Assembly (NCBI GenBank): GCA_965277715.1
Contig: OZ255836.1
Location: 3,616,001 to 3,680,000 of the forward strand
Source of the DNA: Gammaproteobacteria bacterium
GTDB taxonomy: Bacteria; Pseudomonadota; Gammaproteobacteria; JBCCGL01
Direction of reading: 5' to 3'
Length of the DNA stretch: 64,000 nucleotides
Below the pieces are notes generated by a model. The model made no database searches, was not told the DNA's origin, and was given only the letters and a program-made list of their open reading frames with translations. This document shows positions 8,561 through 18,009 of the stretch, piece after piece; position 1 is the first letter of the stretch, and each line of letters starts with the position of its first letter. Made by a program: the position numbers and the translations under genes.

Positions 8561-11173
8561 CTAACCTGCCTGTTTGATTCGTCGGCGTTGCAGCCAAATA
8601 ATAAGTCCCAACAATAACATGGCCGGAAGGTAAAATATTTCTTTGGCGATGCGTTCATTGGGTTTGCGAATATCGGCTACACGCACGGGCTCGTCGCTAT
8701 AGTAATCAAACGACTTGCCAATGCTTTCAAAAAATGGGGTGCCTGGAAAGGGTTCTTCGATAATTGCAGAACCATTTTCGATAGTCACGTTGATACCCGC
8801 TTTTTTGAGCCGTTCAATGGCCTCTACCGGTTGCCCCAGTGGTACGAGTATGGTCGTCGATTCAATCTCACCGGAGTCAAAATCCGGGCCACTGATCACC
8901 ATGGTCAAAGTGCCATCGGGGGTCGCCTCTCCCACTACTTCGTAAACTTTACTGGGCTCGATACTTTGATAGGGTGGTGAAACCTGATCCAGCCAGTAAC
9001 CGGGGCGGAACAGGGTAAACGCGATCAGCAGTAGAACGCCGGATTCCCACAGTTTGTTGCGGGTGAGTAGGTAGCGTTGTGTCGCAGAGGCGAATAGCAT
9101 CATGGCGATAACCGCGACAAAAAAGACAAAGAAAGCTTTGGCCAGTGATACGTTGATTAGCAGTAACTCGGTGTTAAAGATAAACAAAAAAGGCAGGAGT
9201 GCTGTGCGGATATCGTAGGCAAACCCCTGGATGCCGGTTTTGATCGGGTCACCCTTGGAGATTGCCGCCGCTGCAAATGCCGCCAGGCCAACAGGGGGTG
9301 TGTCGTCAGCGAGGATACCGAAATAAAAGACAAACAAGTGCACGGCGATCAACGGCACCAGTAAACCGCTCTTTGCCCCCAGGGCAATAATTACAGGCGC
9401 CATCAACGATGATACAACGATGTAGTTGGCGGTGGTCGGCAGGCCCATGCCCAGGATTAAGCTCATTATCGCGACCAGAATCAGCATGACAATTAAATGG
9501 CCGCCGGAGAGAAATTCAACCAGTTCGCCAACCACCTGGTGCGCGCCCGTCAGAGAAATTGTACCGACGATAATGCCCGCAGCACCGGTTGCCACGGCGA
9601 TACCAATCATATTGCGCGATCCTGCAATCATGCCCTCAAAGCAGTTGCCCGCGCCTTTTTTAAAGGCGGCCCGGTAATCACCGGCGCCCCGAAAAAAAGC
9701 TTTGATAGGGTGTTGTGTCAAGGCCACGATAAGCATCGCAATTGTTGCCCAGAAGGCCGATAGGGCCGGTGAAAGCCGCTCAATGATGATGCACCAGATA
9801 AGAATGACAATTGGCAGGATATAGTACAGGCCAGTGATTGCCGTGGCGCCGGCCTTGGGCAGTTCAGTTATAGGATCATTAGGGTCATCGACGTGCAAAT
9901 CGGGGTGTTTGGCAGCGAGCTTGAGCAAATATAAATAGAGCAGTGAACAGCCCACCGCTACCACCCAAAAGGCGGCATCCGGGGCGACGATCTTGATCCA
10001 CCCCAGCCCGTAATAGACGGCGATACCGAGCAGGGAAAGGCCGATAAAACCACTTAGCACACCGAGTAATTTATTTGCCAGAGTGAGCGATGAGGGAGGC
10101 TTTGGTAAGCCTTTCAGGTCGAGCTTCATTGCTTCGAGGTGAACGATATACACTAGCGCGATATAGGAAACCAGTGCGGGCACCAATGCGTGTTTGATGA
10201 TGTCGGTGTAACTGATACCCGTGAATTCGGCAATCAGGAAGGCGGCCGCGCCCATTACCGGCGGGGTCAGTTGCCCGTTGGTGGAGGAGGCCACTTCAAT
10301 CGCACCGGCTTTTTCTGCCGAGAAGCCGGTGCGCTTCATTAAGGGAATGGTAAACGTACCGGTCGTCACAGTATTGGCAATCGATGAACCGGAGTAGAGG
10401 CCACTCAATGCCGAGGCGACCACCGCCGCTTTTGCTGGCCCACCACGGAAGTGCCCCAGCAGGGCAAAGGCAATTTTGATGAAGTAGTTGCCGGCACCGG
10501 CTTTTTCCAGGATGGCGCCGAACAGTACAAATAAAAATATCAGCGAGGCAGAGACGCTAAGCGCCACACCAAACACCCCTTCGCTGTATGTCCAGAAGTG
10601 AGACACAGCTTTGCCAAATGAAGCACCTTTCCATTGAATAGCCTCTGGCAGCCATTCGCCGTGACCAAAGAATACGTAGGCGATAAATACACTGGCGACA
10701 ATCACCAGTGGTAACCCCAGGGCGCGGTAAACGGCGATCAATAGCACAACCATACCTGTCGAACCGATGATGGTGTCCTGGAGTGTCCAGCTACCAGCGC
10801 GGTCGGCTAGCTCAAACCGATAGATATTCATGTATAGACAGCAGACAATACCCGCGATAATCAGTAGCCAGTCGTACCACGGAATAGTATTTTTAGGGCT
10901 GGATTTGAATAGGGGGAAGGCAATCGCAGCGAGCACCAGCCCAGTGCCCAGGTGGATTCTGCGCGCTCCCATATTGGTAACGATCAAGTCGATGCCGGTG
11001 ACCTCGGTCAACCAGAAAGGCAGGTTTGAGGCGGTATAGAGTTGAAAGAGCGCCCAGGTAAAGGTGACAGCGACGATAAGCTTATTTTGCCAGCCAAACA
11101 GATGGCGGTTGCCCGTGTCGACTTGTGCGACAAAATCATCTAGATCCTTCTGTGCTATAGGTTGCTTTGCCAT
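8561..11173 (-). CDS. TRAP transporter fused 4TM/12TM permease (TAXI type)
   Basis: 870 aa; GGPAKAAV, SGSSIANTVTTG, PPVMGAAAF, LGMGLPTTANY and ADDTPPV motifs. Confidence 0.95.
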   Translation of the reverse strand: MAKQPIAQKDLDDFVAQVDTGNRHLFGWQNKLIVAVTFTWALFQLYTASNLPFWLTEVTGIDLIVTNMGARRIHLGTGLVLAAIAFPLFKSSPKNTIPWYDWLLIIAGIVCCLYMNIYRFELADRAGSWTLQDTIIGSTGMVVLLIAVYRALGLPLVIVASVFIAYVFFGHGEWLPEAIQWKGASFGKAVSHFWTYSEGVFGVALSVSASLIFLFVLFGAILEKAGAGNYFIKIAFALLGHFRGGPAKAAVVASALSGLYSGSSIANTVTTGTFTIPLMKRTGFSAEKAGAIEVASSTNGQLTPPVMGAAAFLIAEFTGISYTDIIKHALVPALVSYIALVYIVHLEAMKLDLKGLPKPPSSLTLANKLLGVLSGFIGLSLLGIAVYYGLGWIKIVAPDAAFWVVAVGCSLLYLYLLKLAAKHPDLHVDDPNDPITELPKAGATAITGLYYILPIVILIWCIIIERLSPALSAFWATIAMLIVALTQHPIKAFFRGAGDYRAAFKKGAGNCFEGMIAGSRNMIGIAVATGAAGIIVGTISLTGAHQVVGELVEFLSGGHLIVMLILVAIMSLILGMGLPTTANYIVVSSLMAPVIIALGAKSGLLVPLIAVHLFVFYFGILADDTPPVGLAAFAAAAISKGDPIKTGIQGFAYDIRTALLPFLFIFNTELLLINVSLAKAFFVFFVAVIAMMLFASATQRYLLTRNKLWESGVLLLIAFTLFRPGYWLDQVSPPYQSIEPSKVYEVVGEATPDGTLTMVISGPDFDSGEIESTTILVPLGQPVEAIERLKKAGINVTIENGSAIIEEPFPGTPFFESIGKSFDYYSDEPVRVADIRKPNERIAKEIFYLPAMLLLGLIIWLQRRRIKQAG

Positions 11174-11240
11174 GACCGGTTCCTGTTAAGAAATATGATT
11201 GTTTTTTTTGTTTTTGGAAACAATACCCACTATGCAGGTG

Positions 11241-11279
11241 CATTCGTGTGGGCAGGCCACAAAAGGGCCTGCCCGAATG
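11241..11279. terminator. Intercistronic stem-loop after the TAXI binding-protein gene
   Basis: GGGCAGGCC-N7-GGCCTGCCC, with an outer CATTC/GAATG extension. Confidence 0.55.
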
Positions 11280-11291
11280 GCGGGGCTTAGG

Positions 11292-12257
11292 TTACAACCA
11301 GCCGCGCTCTTTGTAGTACTTAACCGCACCTGGGTGTAACGGTGCAGACAGCGAATCAGAAATCATTTGCTTTTCGTTCAGATTGGCGAACGCCGGGTGC
11401 AGTTTCTTGAAATCGTCGAAGTTGTCGAATACCGCTTTGACCACAACGTAAACGGCGTCTTCAGGCACATCGGCACTGGTCACGAAGGTTGCGCCGACAC
11501 CGAAAGTCTGAATGTCCTTATCGTTGTTGTACATGCCCGCTGGAATGGTGGCGGTACGGTAAAACGGGTTGTCGGCAATCAGCTTGTCGATGGCCGGGCC
11601 TTGTACATCAACCAGGTGTGCATCACAGGTGGCGAGTGACTCTTGCGTTAAAGCTGAAGGATGGCCCACCAACCAGAAATATGCATCGATCTTGCCATCG
11701 CATACTGCCTGACCGGTCTCTGCCGATTTCATTTCAGCGGCCAGTTTCAGGTCTCCGCGTTTCCAGCCGAGTGCCGCTTCGATAACCTCCCAGGTGCCGC
11801 GTGTCCCCGATCCTGGGTTGCCGATGTTCATCCGCTTGCCTTTAACATCATTGAGTTGCTTAATGCCTGAACCATCGCTGGCGATGACGGTGACAGGTTC
11901 CGGGTGAACAGAAAATACGGCACGGAGTTTGTCGAATTTGCCTTTTTCGGCAAATTTGGACGTGCCGTTATAGGCGTGGTACTGCCAGTCTGATTGGGCC
12001 ACACCGAATTCCAGTTCACCGGCGCGAATGGTGTTGATGTTGTAAATGGAACCGCCGGTCGACTCTGCCGAGCAACGAATGCCGTGCTCTTTGCGGTTTT
12101 TGTTTACCAGTCGGCAGATAGCACCGCCGGTTGGGTAGTAAACACCGGTGACGCCACCGGTGCCGATAGAGATAAATTTCTGCGCTGCAAAGCTGGGTGC
12201 AGCACAAACGAGTGTCGTTGCCATTGCTGCAACAATGGTTAATGGTTTTAACGCCAT
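11292..12257 (-). CDS. TAXI family TRAP solute-binding protein
   Basis: Signal peptide; [23 protein letters not shown] and PLHPGA motifs; start taken at MALKPL. Confidence 0.95.
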   Translation of the reverse strand: MALKPLTIVAAMATTLVCAAPSFAAQKFISIGTGGVTGVYYPTGGAICRLVNKNRKEHGIRCSAESTGGSIYNINTIRAGELEFGVAQSDWQYHAYNGTSKFAEKGKFDKLRAVFSVHPEPVTVIASDGSGIKQLNDVKGKRMNIGNPGSGTRGTWEVIEAALGWKRGDLKLAAEMKSAETGQAVCDGKIDAYFWLVGHPSALTQESLATCDAHLVDVQGPAIDKLIADNPFYRTATIPAGMYNNDKDIQTFGVGATFVTSADVPEDAVYVVVKAVFDNFDDFKKLHPAFANLNEKQMISDSLSAPLHPGAVKYYKERGWL

Positions 12258-12477
12258 GAAAATTCCTCCGCACAAAGATTGTGAATGAATGTTAGTGACT
12301 GGTTATTGTGCACTGGCAGTCACATGGTTTTATCGTACAGTATATTGTGATGTACTGAAACTCGGGCAGTGCCTGCCGGTGATTATTTCCTGTGATTATT
12401 CTGGCGTTGACCCGAACCCAGCCAGTGTTTTCGTGTCTACAAATACCCCCTTATTTAGCGCGTGTTGCGAGGCAGTT

Positions 12478-14211
12478 ATGGTCAGAGCGTTAGTTTTACT
12501 TGTCGCACTCTTTTCGAATGTCGTATTTTCAAGTGCTGTATCCGCAGCGCCTGTCACCACTGATTTCCCCTGGAATGAATGGGACAGTGCTGTGTTTGAA
12601 CGCGCTGAGCGCGAAAATAAATTTGTATTACTCAGTCTACAAGCCTGGTGGTGCCACCCCTGCCACCAGATGAATACGATTACCTACGAGGATGCAGGGG
12701 TGCGTGCGTTGATCGACAGACATTTTATTCCGGTTTATGTCGACCAGGACAGTCGACCCGATATATCCCAGCGCTATGAGCGTTGGGGCTGGCCGGCAAC
12801 GGTATTGTTTGCGGCGGACGGTACCGAAATAGTCAAATTGCGTGGGTTTTACTCACCTAAATTTTTCACCCCGATTCTACAGGCGACAATTGACGATCCC
12901 AGCCCGGTCGATTATGGCCAGCGTGGTGGCGATGAGCGCGCTGCCTCGCGTGTAATGCGCTTGAGTGCAGCGCAACGCAAAGTGATTGTCGATTTTATGG
13001 AAAAAACCTACGACAAAAACCACGGTGGCTGGGGATTGCGGTCAAAATTTGTCGATGGCCCCACGCTGATCTATGCGCTTGAGCAATCTCAACAGGATCC
13101 ATTAATGGCACAACGCGCCCATGAAACGGTAACACGCTTGATTGCAATGATCGATAAAGACCACGGTGGATTGTCGCAAATTTCGCTGGCAAAAGACTGG
13201 AGCAGGCCGTTGGATGAATACCCCATGTTTGCCCAGGAGGCGGGGTTGAATGCCTTTTCCTTAGCTTATGCGCGCTGGGGGGAGCAGGCATTTCGCCAGG
13301 CGGCAGATCGCGTTTACGGCTTTCTCGCCAACACACTGAGTGCACCTGATGGGGGTTTTTATACCAGTTTTGGTGCCGATAAGTTTAATCCCGGTATAGA
13401 TAAACGCCGTTACGCACGCGAAAACGGCCAGGCAATTTCGGCACTGGCTACTTATTACGATGCAACGGGTAACCGCGATGCACTGTCACTGGCGGTACGC
13501 AATGCACAGTGGGTGCTGGATCATCGCGGTTTGCCAGGCGGCGGTTTTCGCCACAGTGCGAATGATAAGGGCGGCCCTTATTTGGTCGATACGCTGACGA
13601 TGGCGCAGGCGATGCTAAAACTGTACCGCTCCACAGGTGACCGGGACTGGCTGCTCCGTGCGCAGTCGGCGGGGGCGTTTATTCAACAGCATTTTATCGA
13701 TGCGAAGACCGGCGGTTTTATCTCAGCGAAGATACCCGCGCAGGATTTTATGCAGCAGTCGATTAAGCAAAAAGATGAAAACGTGCGGGCGACACGCTTT
13801 TTTAACCAACTATGGTATTACACCGGTGTGGCGTCATTCCGTGTTATCGCTGAAGCGGGGATGGGGTATTTGGCCTCAGATCGTATACTGGAGGGGTATT
13901 ATTTCCTGCCGGGTGTTTTGCAGGCCGAGTATGAGCTTGGCAATGAGCCGGTGCATGTGACAGTAGTGGGGGCAAAAGATGACCCGGATGCCGCCGCGTT
14001 ATATCGTGCTGCCTTGGCTTACCCCTCGGTGTACAAACGGGCCGAGTGGTGGGATAAGCGCGAGGGGAAATTGCTGCGTGACGATGTTGTCTACCCACAG
14101 CTCAAGCAGGCAGCGGCGTTTGCGTGCAGTAACAGCGTATGTTCTACGCCGGTAACTGATCCGCTACGGTTGAGCGAAGCAGTGGACCGCTTACTGGGGC
14201 ATCCGGGTTGA
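12478..14211 (+). CDS. Exported thioredoxin-domain (DUF255)/alpha-alpha toroid protein, YyaL/SPATA20-like
   Basis: Signal peptide after ATG 12478; WWCHPCHQM, RPDI and GWPATV motifs; C-terminal AFACSNSVCS. Confidence 0.8.
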   Translation: MVRALVLLVALFSNVVFSSAVSAAPVTTDFPWNEWDSAVFERAERENKFVLLSLQAWWCHPCHQMNTITYEDAGVRALIDRHFIPVYVDQDSRPDISQRYERWGWPATVLFAADGTEIVKLRGFYSPKFFTPILQATIDDPSPVDYGQRGGDERAASRVMRLSAAQRKVIVDFMEKTYDKNHGGWGLRSKFVDGPTLIYALEQSQQDPLMAQRAHETVTRLIAMIDKDHGGLSQISLAKDWSRPLDEYPMFAQEAGLNAFSLAYARWGEQAFRQAADRVYGFLANTLSAPDGGFYTSFGADKFNPGIDKRRYARENGQAISALATYYDATGNRDALSLAVRNAQWVLDHRGLPGGGFRHSANDKGGPYLVDTLTMAQAMLKLYRSTGDRDWLLRAQSAGAFIQQHFIDAKTGGFISAKIPAQDFMQQSIKQKDENVRATRFFNQLWYYTGVASFRVIAEAGMGYLASDRILEGYYFLPGVLQAEYELGNEPVHVTVVGAKDDPDAAALYRAALAYPSVYKRAEWWDKREGKLLRDDVVYPQLKQAAAFACSNSVCSTPVTDPLRLSEAVDRLLGHPG

Positions 14212-14292
14212 AGTGTGTTTCTATAATGTGATATATTGAAACGTCATCATATATTTTTCTGACACCCACCTAAAACCGGATGGAATCTTACT

Positions 14293-14550
14293 ATGCGTAC
14301 GATCATTGATTTACCTGACGATCAAATTACCGCTCTGGCGCGACAATCTGCCAAATATAATACTTCAAGAGCAGCGATGGTGCGTGACGCCGTGGCTGAG
14401 TATTTAGTGAATCGGCGTGACCCCATCGATGATCAGGCTTTTGGCCTGTTTCGGGAAAATCCCTTGGATATTTTAGGGGATATTTCAGGTGATGGCCCAG
14501 ATGATGGCCTGGTACGGCAAAACAGCTTACGGGATGAGTGGAGGGTATGA
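14293..14550 (+). CDS. vapB: Ribbon-helix-helix (CopG-like) antitoxin
   Basis: MRTIIDLPD..SRAAMVRDAVAEYL..AFGL..LRDEW; overlaps the downstream PIN gene. Confidence 0.8.
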   Translation: MRTIIDLPDDQITALARQSAKYNTSRAAMVRDAVAEYLVNRRDPIDDQAFGLFRENPLDILGDISGDGPDDGLVRQNSLRDEWRV

Positions 14551-14912
14551 GGGTTGTTTTTGATAGCAACCTGCTGATTGACTACTTAAACGGTATTGAG
14601 GCGGCTAAACGTGAAATAAACCACACCTATTCCAGAAAGGTGATCAGCCGGATCACCTGGATGGAAGTGATGGTAGGTGTGCCACCAGAACATCAGCAGG
14701 TGGTTATACAGTTTCTCAACCGGTTTGACGTGATTGACACCAGCCCGGCTATTGGCGCGTTAGCGGTCTCCATTCGGCAAGCCCAGCGAATACGTTTGCC
14801 AGATGCGATTATCTGGGCCACCGCCATTGATCAGGAAGCATTGCTGGTGACGAGAAACACCAGGGATTTTCCAGCCCAGGATCCTGGTATCCGCATTCCT
14901 TACACACTTTAA
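14547..14912 (+). CDS. vapC: PIN-domain VapC toxin
   Basis: VFDSNLLIDYL, ITWMEV, LPDAIIWATA and LVTRNTRDF motifs; ATGA coupling with the antitoxin. Confidence 0.92.
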   Translation: MRVVFDSNLLIDYLNGIEAAKREINHTYSRKVISRITWMEVMVGVPPEHQQVVIQFLNRFDVIDTSPAIGALAVSIRQAQRIRLPDAIIWATAIDQEALLVTRNTRDFPAQDPGIRIPYTL

Positions 14913-14968
14913 CCTAAATTCCGCAGTTGATAGGTGCTCGCAGTAGATTCAACTGAGGAATTTAGGTT
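14911..14968. mobile_element. Short, internally deleted MITE-like copy
   Basis: AACCTAAATTCCGCAGTTGA / TCAACTGAGGAATTTAGGTT inverted repeat (19/20); 14931-14968 matches the reverse complement of 35640-35677 at 37/38. Confidence 0.8.
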
Positions 14969-14998
14969 TAACTGCCCGCAACCCTCTGGCCAGTCCCT

Positions 14999-16555
14999 CT
15001 ATGGTTCCCCATTGCCGATCTCAATTTTACGCCGTGCCACGTAATCATCTATCGCCTCCAGCCTGCCTGGGTCGATAGGGGGGGCTTCATACGCTTCTAA
15101 AACCTTTTGCCAAATCCCGGTGGCGCGCACCTCGGCGGTTTTGGCACCAGCCTGTTGCCAGTTCTCGTTATTTTGCCAATCGCTGAGCATCGGTTCATAG
15201 AAGGCGGTTTTGTAGCGTTCCATGGTGTGCTGAGTGCCGAAGAAATGCCCGCCGGGGCCGACATCTTCAATTGCCTCCAGGCCAAACTCCTCGTTATTAA
15301 TCTTTATCGGTTCGAGAATGCGGGACATCGATTGCAATGACTCGATATCGATAATGAGTTTTTCAAATGAAGCGACCAGGCCACCCTCCAGCCACCCCGC
15401 TGCGTGGTAAATAATATTACCGTGGCCGAGTACCCCGCCCCACAGCGCACTTTGTGTCTCGTATACAGCTTGTGCGTCGGTGGTGTTACTGGCGTTGCAG
15501 GCGCTGGTGCGATAGGGCAGACCATACTTTCGGGCCAACTGGCCACCGGCGATGTTGGCCAGTGCATTTTCCGGTGTGCCAAACGCGGGCGCCCCTGAGC
15601 GCATATCGACATTAGACGTGAAACCGCCGTACAGGCAGGGTGAACCGGGGGCAGCCAGCTGTAGAATCGCCAGCGTCAGAATAGCTTCGGCGTTCTGCTG
15701 TGCCAGTGCACCGGCCATTGTTACCGGCGTCATTGCGCCCATCAGAGTAAAGGGTGTGGCGATCACCGCCTGGCCGTGCTCAGCCATATAAATGGCGGCA
15801 TCAGCCATCGTATCATCGAGCTTGCGGGGTGAGTTGATATTGATGTTGACAATAGCACTGGGGCTTTTGGCTAACTCCTCCACGGTTAAACCACGTGCAA
15901 GCGCTATCATTTCCACTGCATCACGTACCCTGCCAACGCCGATAGGGATACCACTGACGATTTTATCGGTCAATACCAATGATTCGCGGTAGGTATCCAG
16001 GTGACGGTTATTGACCGACATCTCAATCGGTGACGTGGGCTGGTTGCCCATAAAGGAGAGCACGTTGAAGTATTGGTAAAACTTCATCAGCTTTTTGTAG
16101 TCTGCAAAGTTGCCGGGGCGGCGGCCATTGATATGATCGTGGATATTGGGTGTCCCGGAAACCAGGCCAAAGTTAATGTTGTTACCCCCAATTTCAATGG
16201 CGTTTTCAGGGTTTCGCGGTGTAAGCGTGAAGTGGCCTGGCGCTTTGGCGACGGCCTGCAAAAATACTTCGCGCTGACCTTTGACGATACCACTGGCCTC
16301 GTCGACCTCTGCGCCCGCCGCTCTCAACAAACTCCGTGCTTTGGCACTCATGACCTCAATACCCTGCTCTTCAAGCAGGCGCATAGAGGCGTTGTGGACT
16401 GATTCGAGCTGATCTTCAGATAGGGGAGTGAGTGGAGCGAACGGGCTTTTTAGTTGCTGACGGGGAAGCTGGCGAACCACCGCTGGCCTGGCCTCGACGT
16501 TTTCAGCTTCACTAATTTGGCGATTGCGGCGGCGTTTTCTCTCGGGTCTCGACAT
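14999..16555 (-). CDS. Trimethylamine methyltransferase (MttB) family protein, non-pyrrolysine
   Basis: NSPRKLD, PFTLMGAMTPVT, SNVDMRSGAPAFGTPE, HAAGWLEGGL and GPGGHF motifs; no in-frame TAG; start taken at MSRPER. Confidence 0.9.
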   Translation of the reverse strand: MSRPERKRRRNRQISEAENVEARPAVVRQLPRQQLKSPFAPLTPLSEDQLESVHNASMRLLEEQGIEVMSAKARSLLRAAGAEVDEASGIVKGQREVFLQAVAKAPGHFTLTPRNPENAIEIGGNNINFGLVSGTPNIHDHINGRRPGNFADYKKLMKFYQYFNVLSFMGNQPTSPIEMSVNNRHLDTYRESLVLTDKIVSGIPIGVGRVRDAVEMIALARGLTVEELAKSPSAIVNININSPRKLDDTMADAAIYMAEHGQAVIATPFTLMGAMTPVTMAGALAQQNAEAILTLAILQLAAPGSPCLYGGFTSNVDMRSGAPAFGTPENALANIAGGQLARKYGLPYRTSACNASNTTDAQAVYETQSALWGGVLGHGNIIYHAAGWLEGGLVASFEKLIIDIESLQSMSRILEPIKINNEEFGLEAIEDVGPGGHFFGTQHTMERYKTAFYEPMLSDWQNNENWQQAGAKTAEVRATGIWQKVLEAYEAPPIDPGRLEAIDDYVARRKIEIGNGEP

Positions 16556-16681
16556 AATGATTTCTTGGTAAACAGAGTTACCCATCCTATCTAGCGATGA
16601 AGTGCCTGTATATGCATAGTCAGACCGCACTTGTCCGGCAGGCGACGCCCGCTACCGGAAATGCTTAATACCCATTTCCCA

Positions 16682-17407
16682 TCAGCAAAAATCCCCCCAC
16701 CGCGACTGCATCACGGCAATAGCCGCAACAGCGGCTGTTTCAGTCCTTAGCACACGTGGCCCAAGGGCTGCACGCTGTACATCCGCTTCCAACATTAACT
16801 GAATTTCGTGTGGGCTAAAGCCGCTTTCTGGGCCAATGATCAGTGTACACTGGCCACTTATTGGGTGGTTTATGAGCGAATTTGGTGCTGTTGGATCAAG
16901 AAGCACACAGTCCTGCGTTCCTCGCGCCTGTGCCAGCCACTGAGGTAGTGTTAACGGCACCGCCACGGGAGGGATAATACTGCGCTCGGATTGTTCACAG
17001 GCACTGATAACCACCGCCTGCCAGTGCTGCATTTTTTTATCCCGGCGCTGGGTATCGTCGAGTTTGACGCTGGATTTTTGGGTGATGAGTGGTTGAATGC
17101 CGGTAACACCCAGCTCTACAGATTTTTGCACCGTATAGTCCATGCGCTCACTGCGTGAAATGCCTTGTACCAACGTGATATGCAGGGGTGATTCGTTGGT
17201 ACTTTCGGTTTTATCCCGAACGTGTAGCACAACGGATTTGCCGGTTTGCACGATGTCGGCACAGTAGTTAAAACCATCGCCATTGAAAAGCCGCAGTGAT
17301 TCACCTACCTGCATTCGCAGCACCTTGGTGAGGTGCACACTGGGGGCTTTTTCCAGAGTTATCGTGTTGTCAACGACCAGTGCTTGTGGGGTAAAAATCC
17401 GCGTCAT
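16682..17407 (-). CDS. rsmE: 16S rRNA m3U1498 methyltransferase
   Basis: HLTKVLR, QKSVELGV, ACEQS, IIGPESG and LGPRVLRTETA motifs. Confidence 0.95.
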   Translation of the reverse strand: MTRIFTPQALVVDNTITLEKAPSVHLTKVLRMQVGESLRLFNGDGFNYCADIVQTGKSVVLHVRDKTESTNESPLHITLVQGISRSERMDYTVQKSVELGVTGIQPLITQKSSVKLDDTQRRDKKMQHWQAVVISACEQSERSIIPPVAVPLTLPQWLAQARGTQDCVLLDPTAPNSLINHPISGQCTLIIGPESGFSPHEIQLMLEADVQRAALGPRVLRTETAAVAAIAVMQSRWGDFC

Positions 17408-17492
17408 ATCAAGGTTTAGCCTATGATTAATGTAAGGGTATTATCAACCATCGTGGACGAACCGATTGTAGCCTTTTTCTGCCTACCAGCAA

Positions 17493-17807
17493 TTAGCGAT
17501 TGTTTAGCCAGTCATTGAATTCGGCCGCGTTTTTATCACGTAAACCACTGGCAGCAATGGTATCCAACGCCAACCTCGCGTGCAGGGTTTGGGCTTCTGA
17601 CAATCGATTCAGCCCACCTGCACCCGCTAGGCTGTAGTGCACTCTGCCGGGGGAGCCACCGCTATATTGGTGCCATACGACAATACCATTACTCAAAGTC
17701 TACTCGGTCACCCCTCTAGGCAGTACACGCGTACCAACAATACTACCCTCCACAGCAGGAGAAATAGACCAGTCTTCGCTCGCTTGTATGGGCACCTGCG
17801 CAGCGGA
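17493..17807 (-). pseudogene. Fragment of an M16 (PqqL-like) zinc peptidase gene
   Basis: Reads GSIVGTRVLPRGVTE*TLSNGIVV..AGGLNRL..ASGL; the TAG at 17700-17702 sits where PqqL-like proteins have Trp (GVTEWTLSNG). Confidence 0.6.
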
Positions 17808-18009
17808 AAATCGGGTTTTATCGACATAAAGGTACTGGCAAAAATAGTAACAAGCGAGCTTAGTATTGCATCACGATTAAATACTAAAAAATATTAGAAA
17901 GGTAAGAAAATAACGAATGAAGATTTTGAAAATCTTCCTCTTTGAAACTACACAATAAGTCCATTTGAATAACTTAAACCGTCAAGTTATTTATTGACAA
18001 TCTCTAAAC

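Noticed and set aside
14999-16555. Pyrrolysine recoding in the MttB homolog
   Set aside because: The ORF is uninterrupted, with no in-frame TAG, and no pyl genes are in the window.
17700-17702. Programmed read-through of the TAG in the M16 fragment
   Set aside because: The fragment lacks both ends of the gene; a Trp-to-stop mutation in a relic is simpler.
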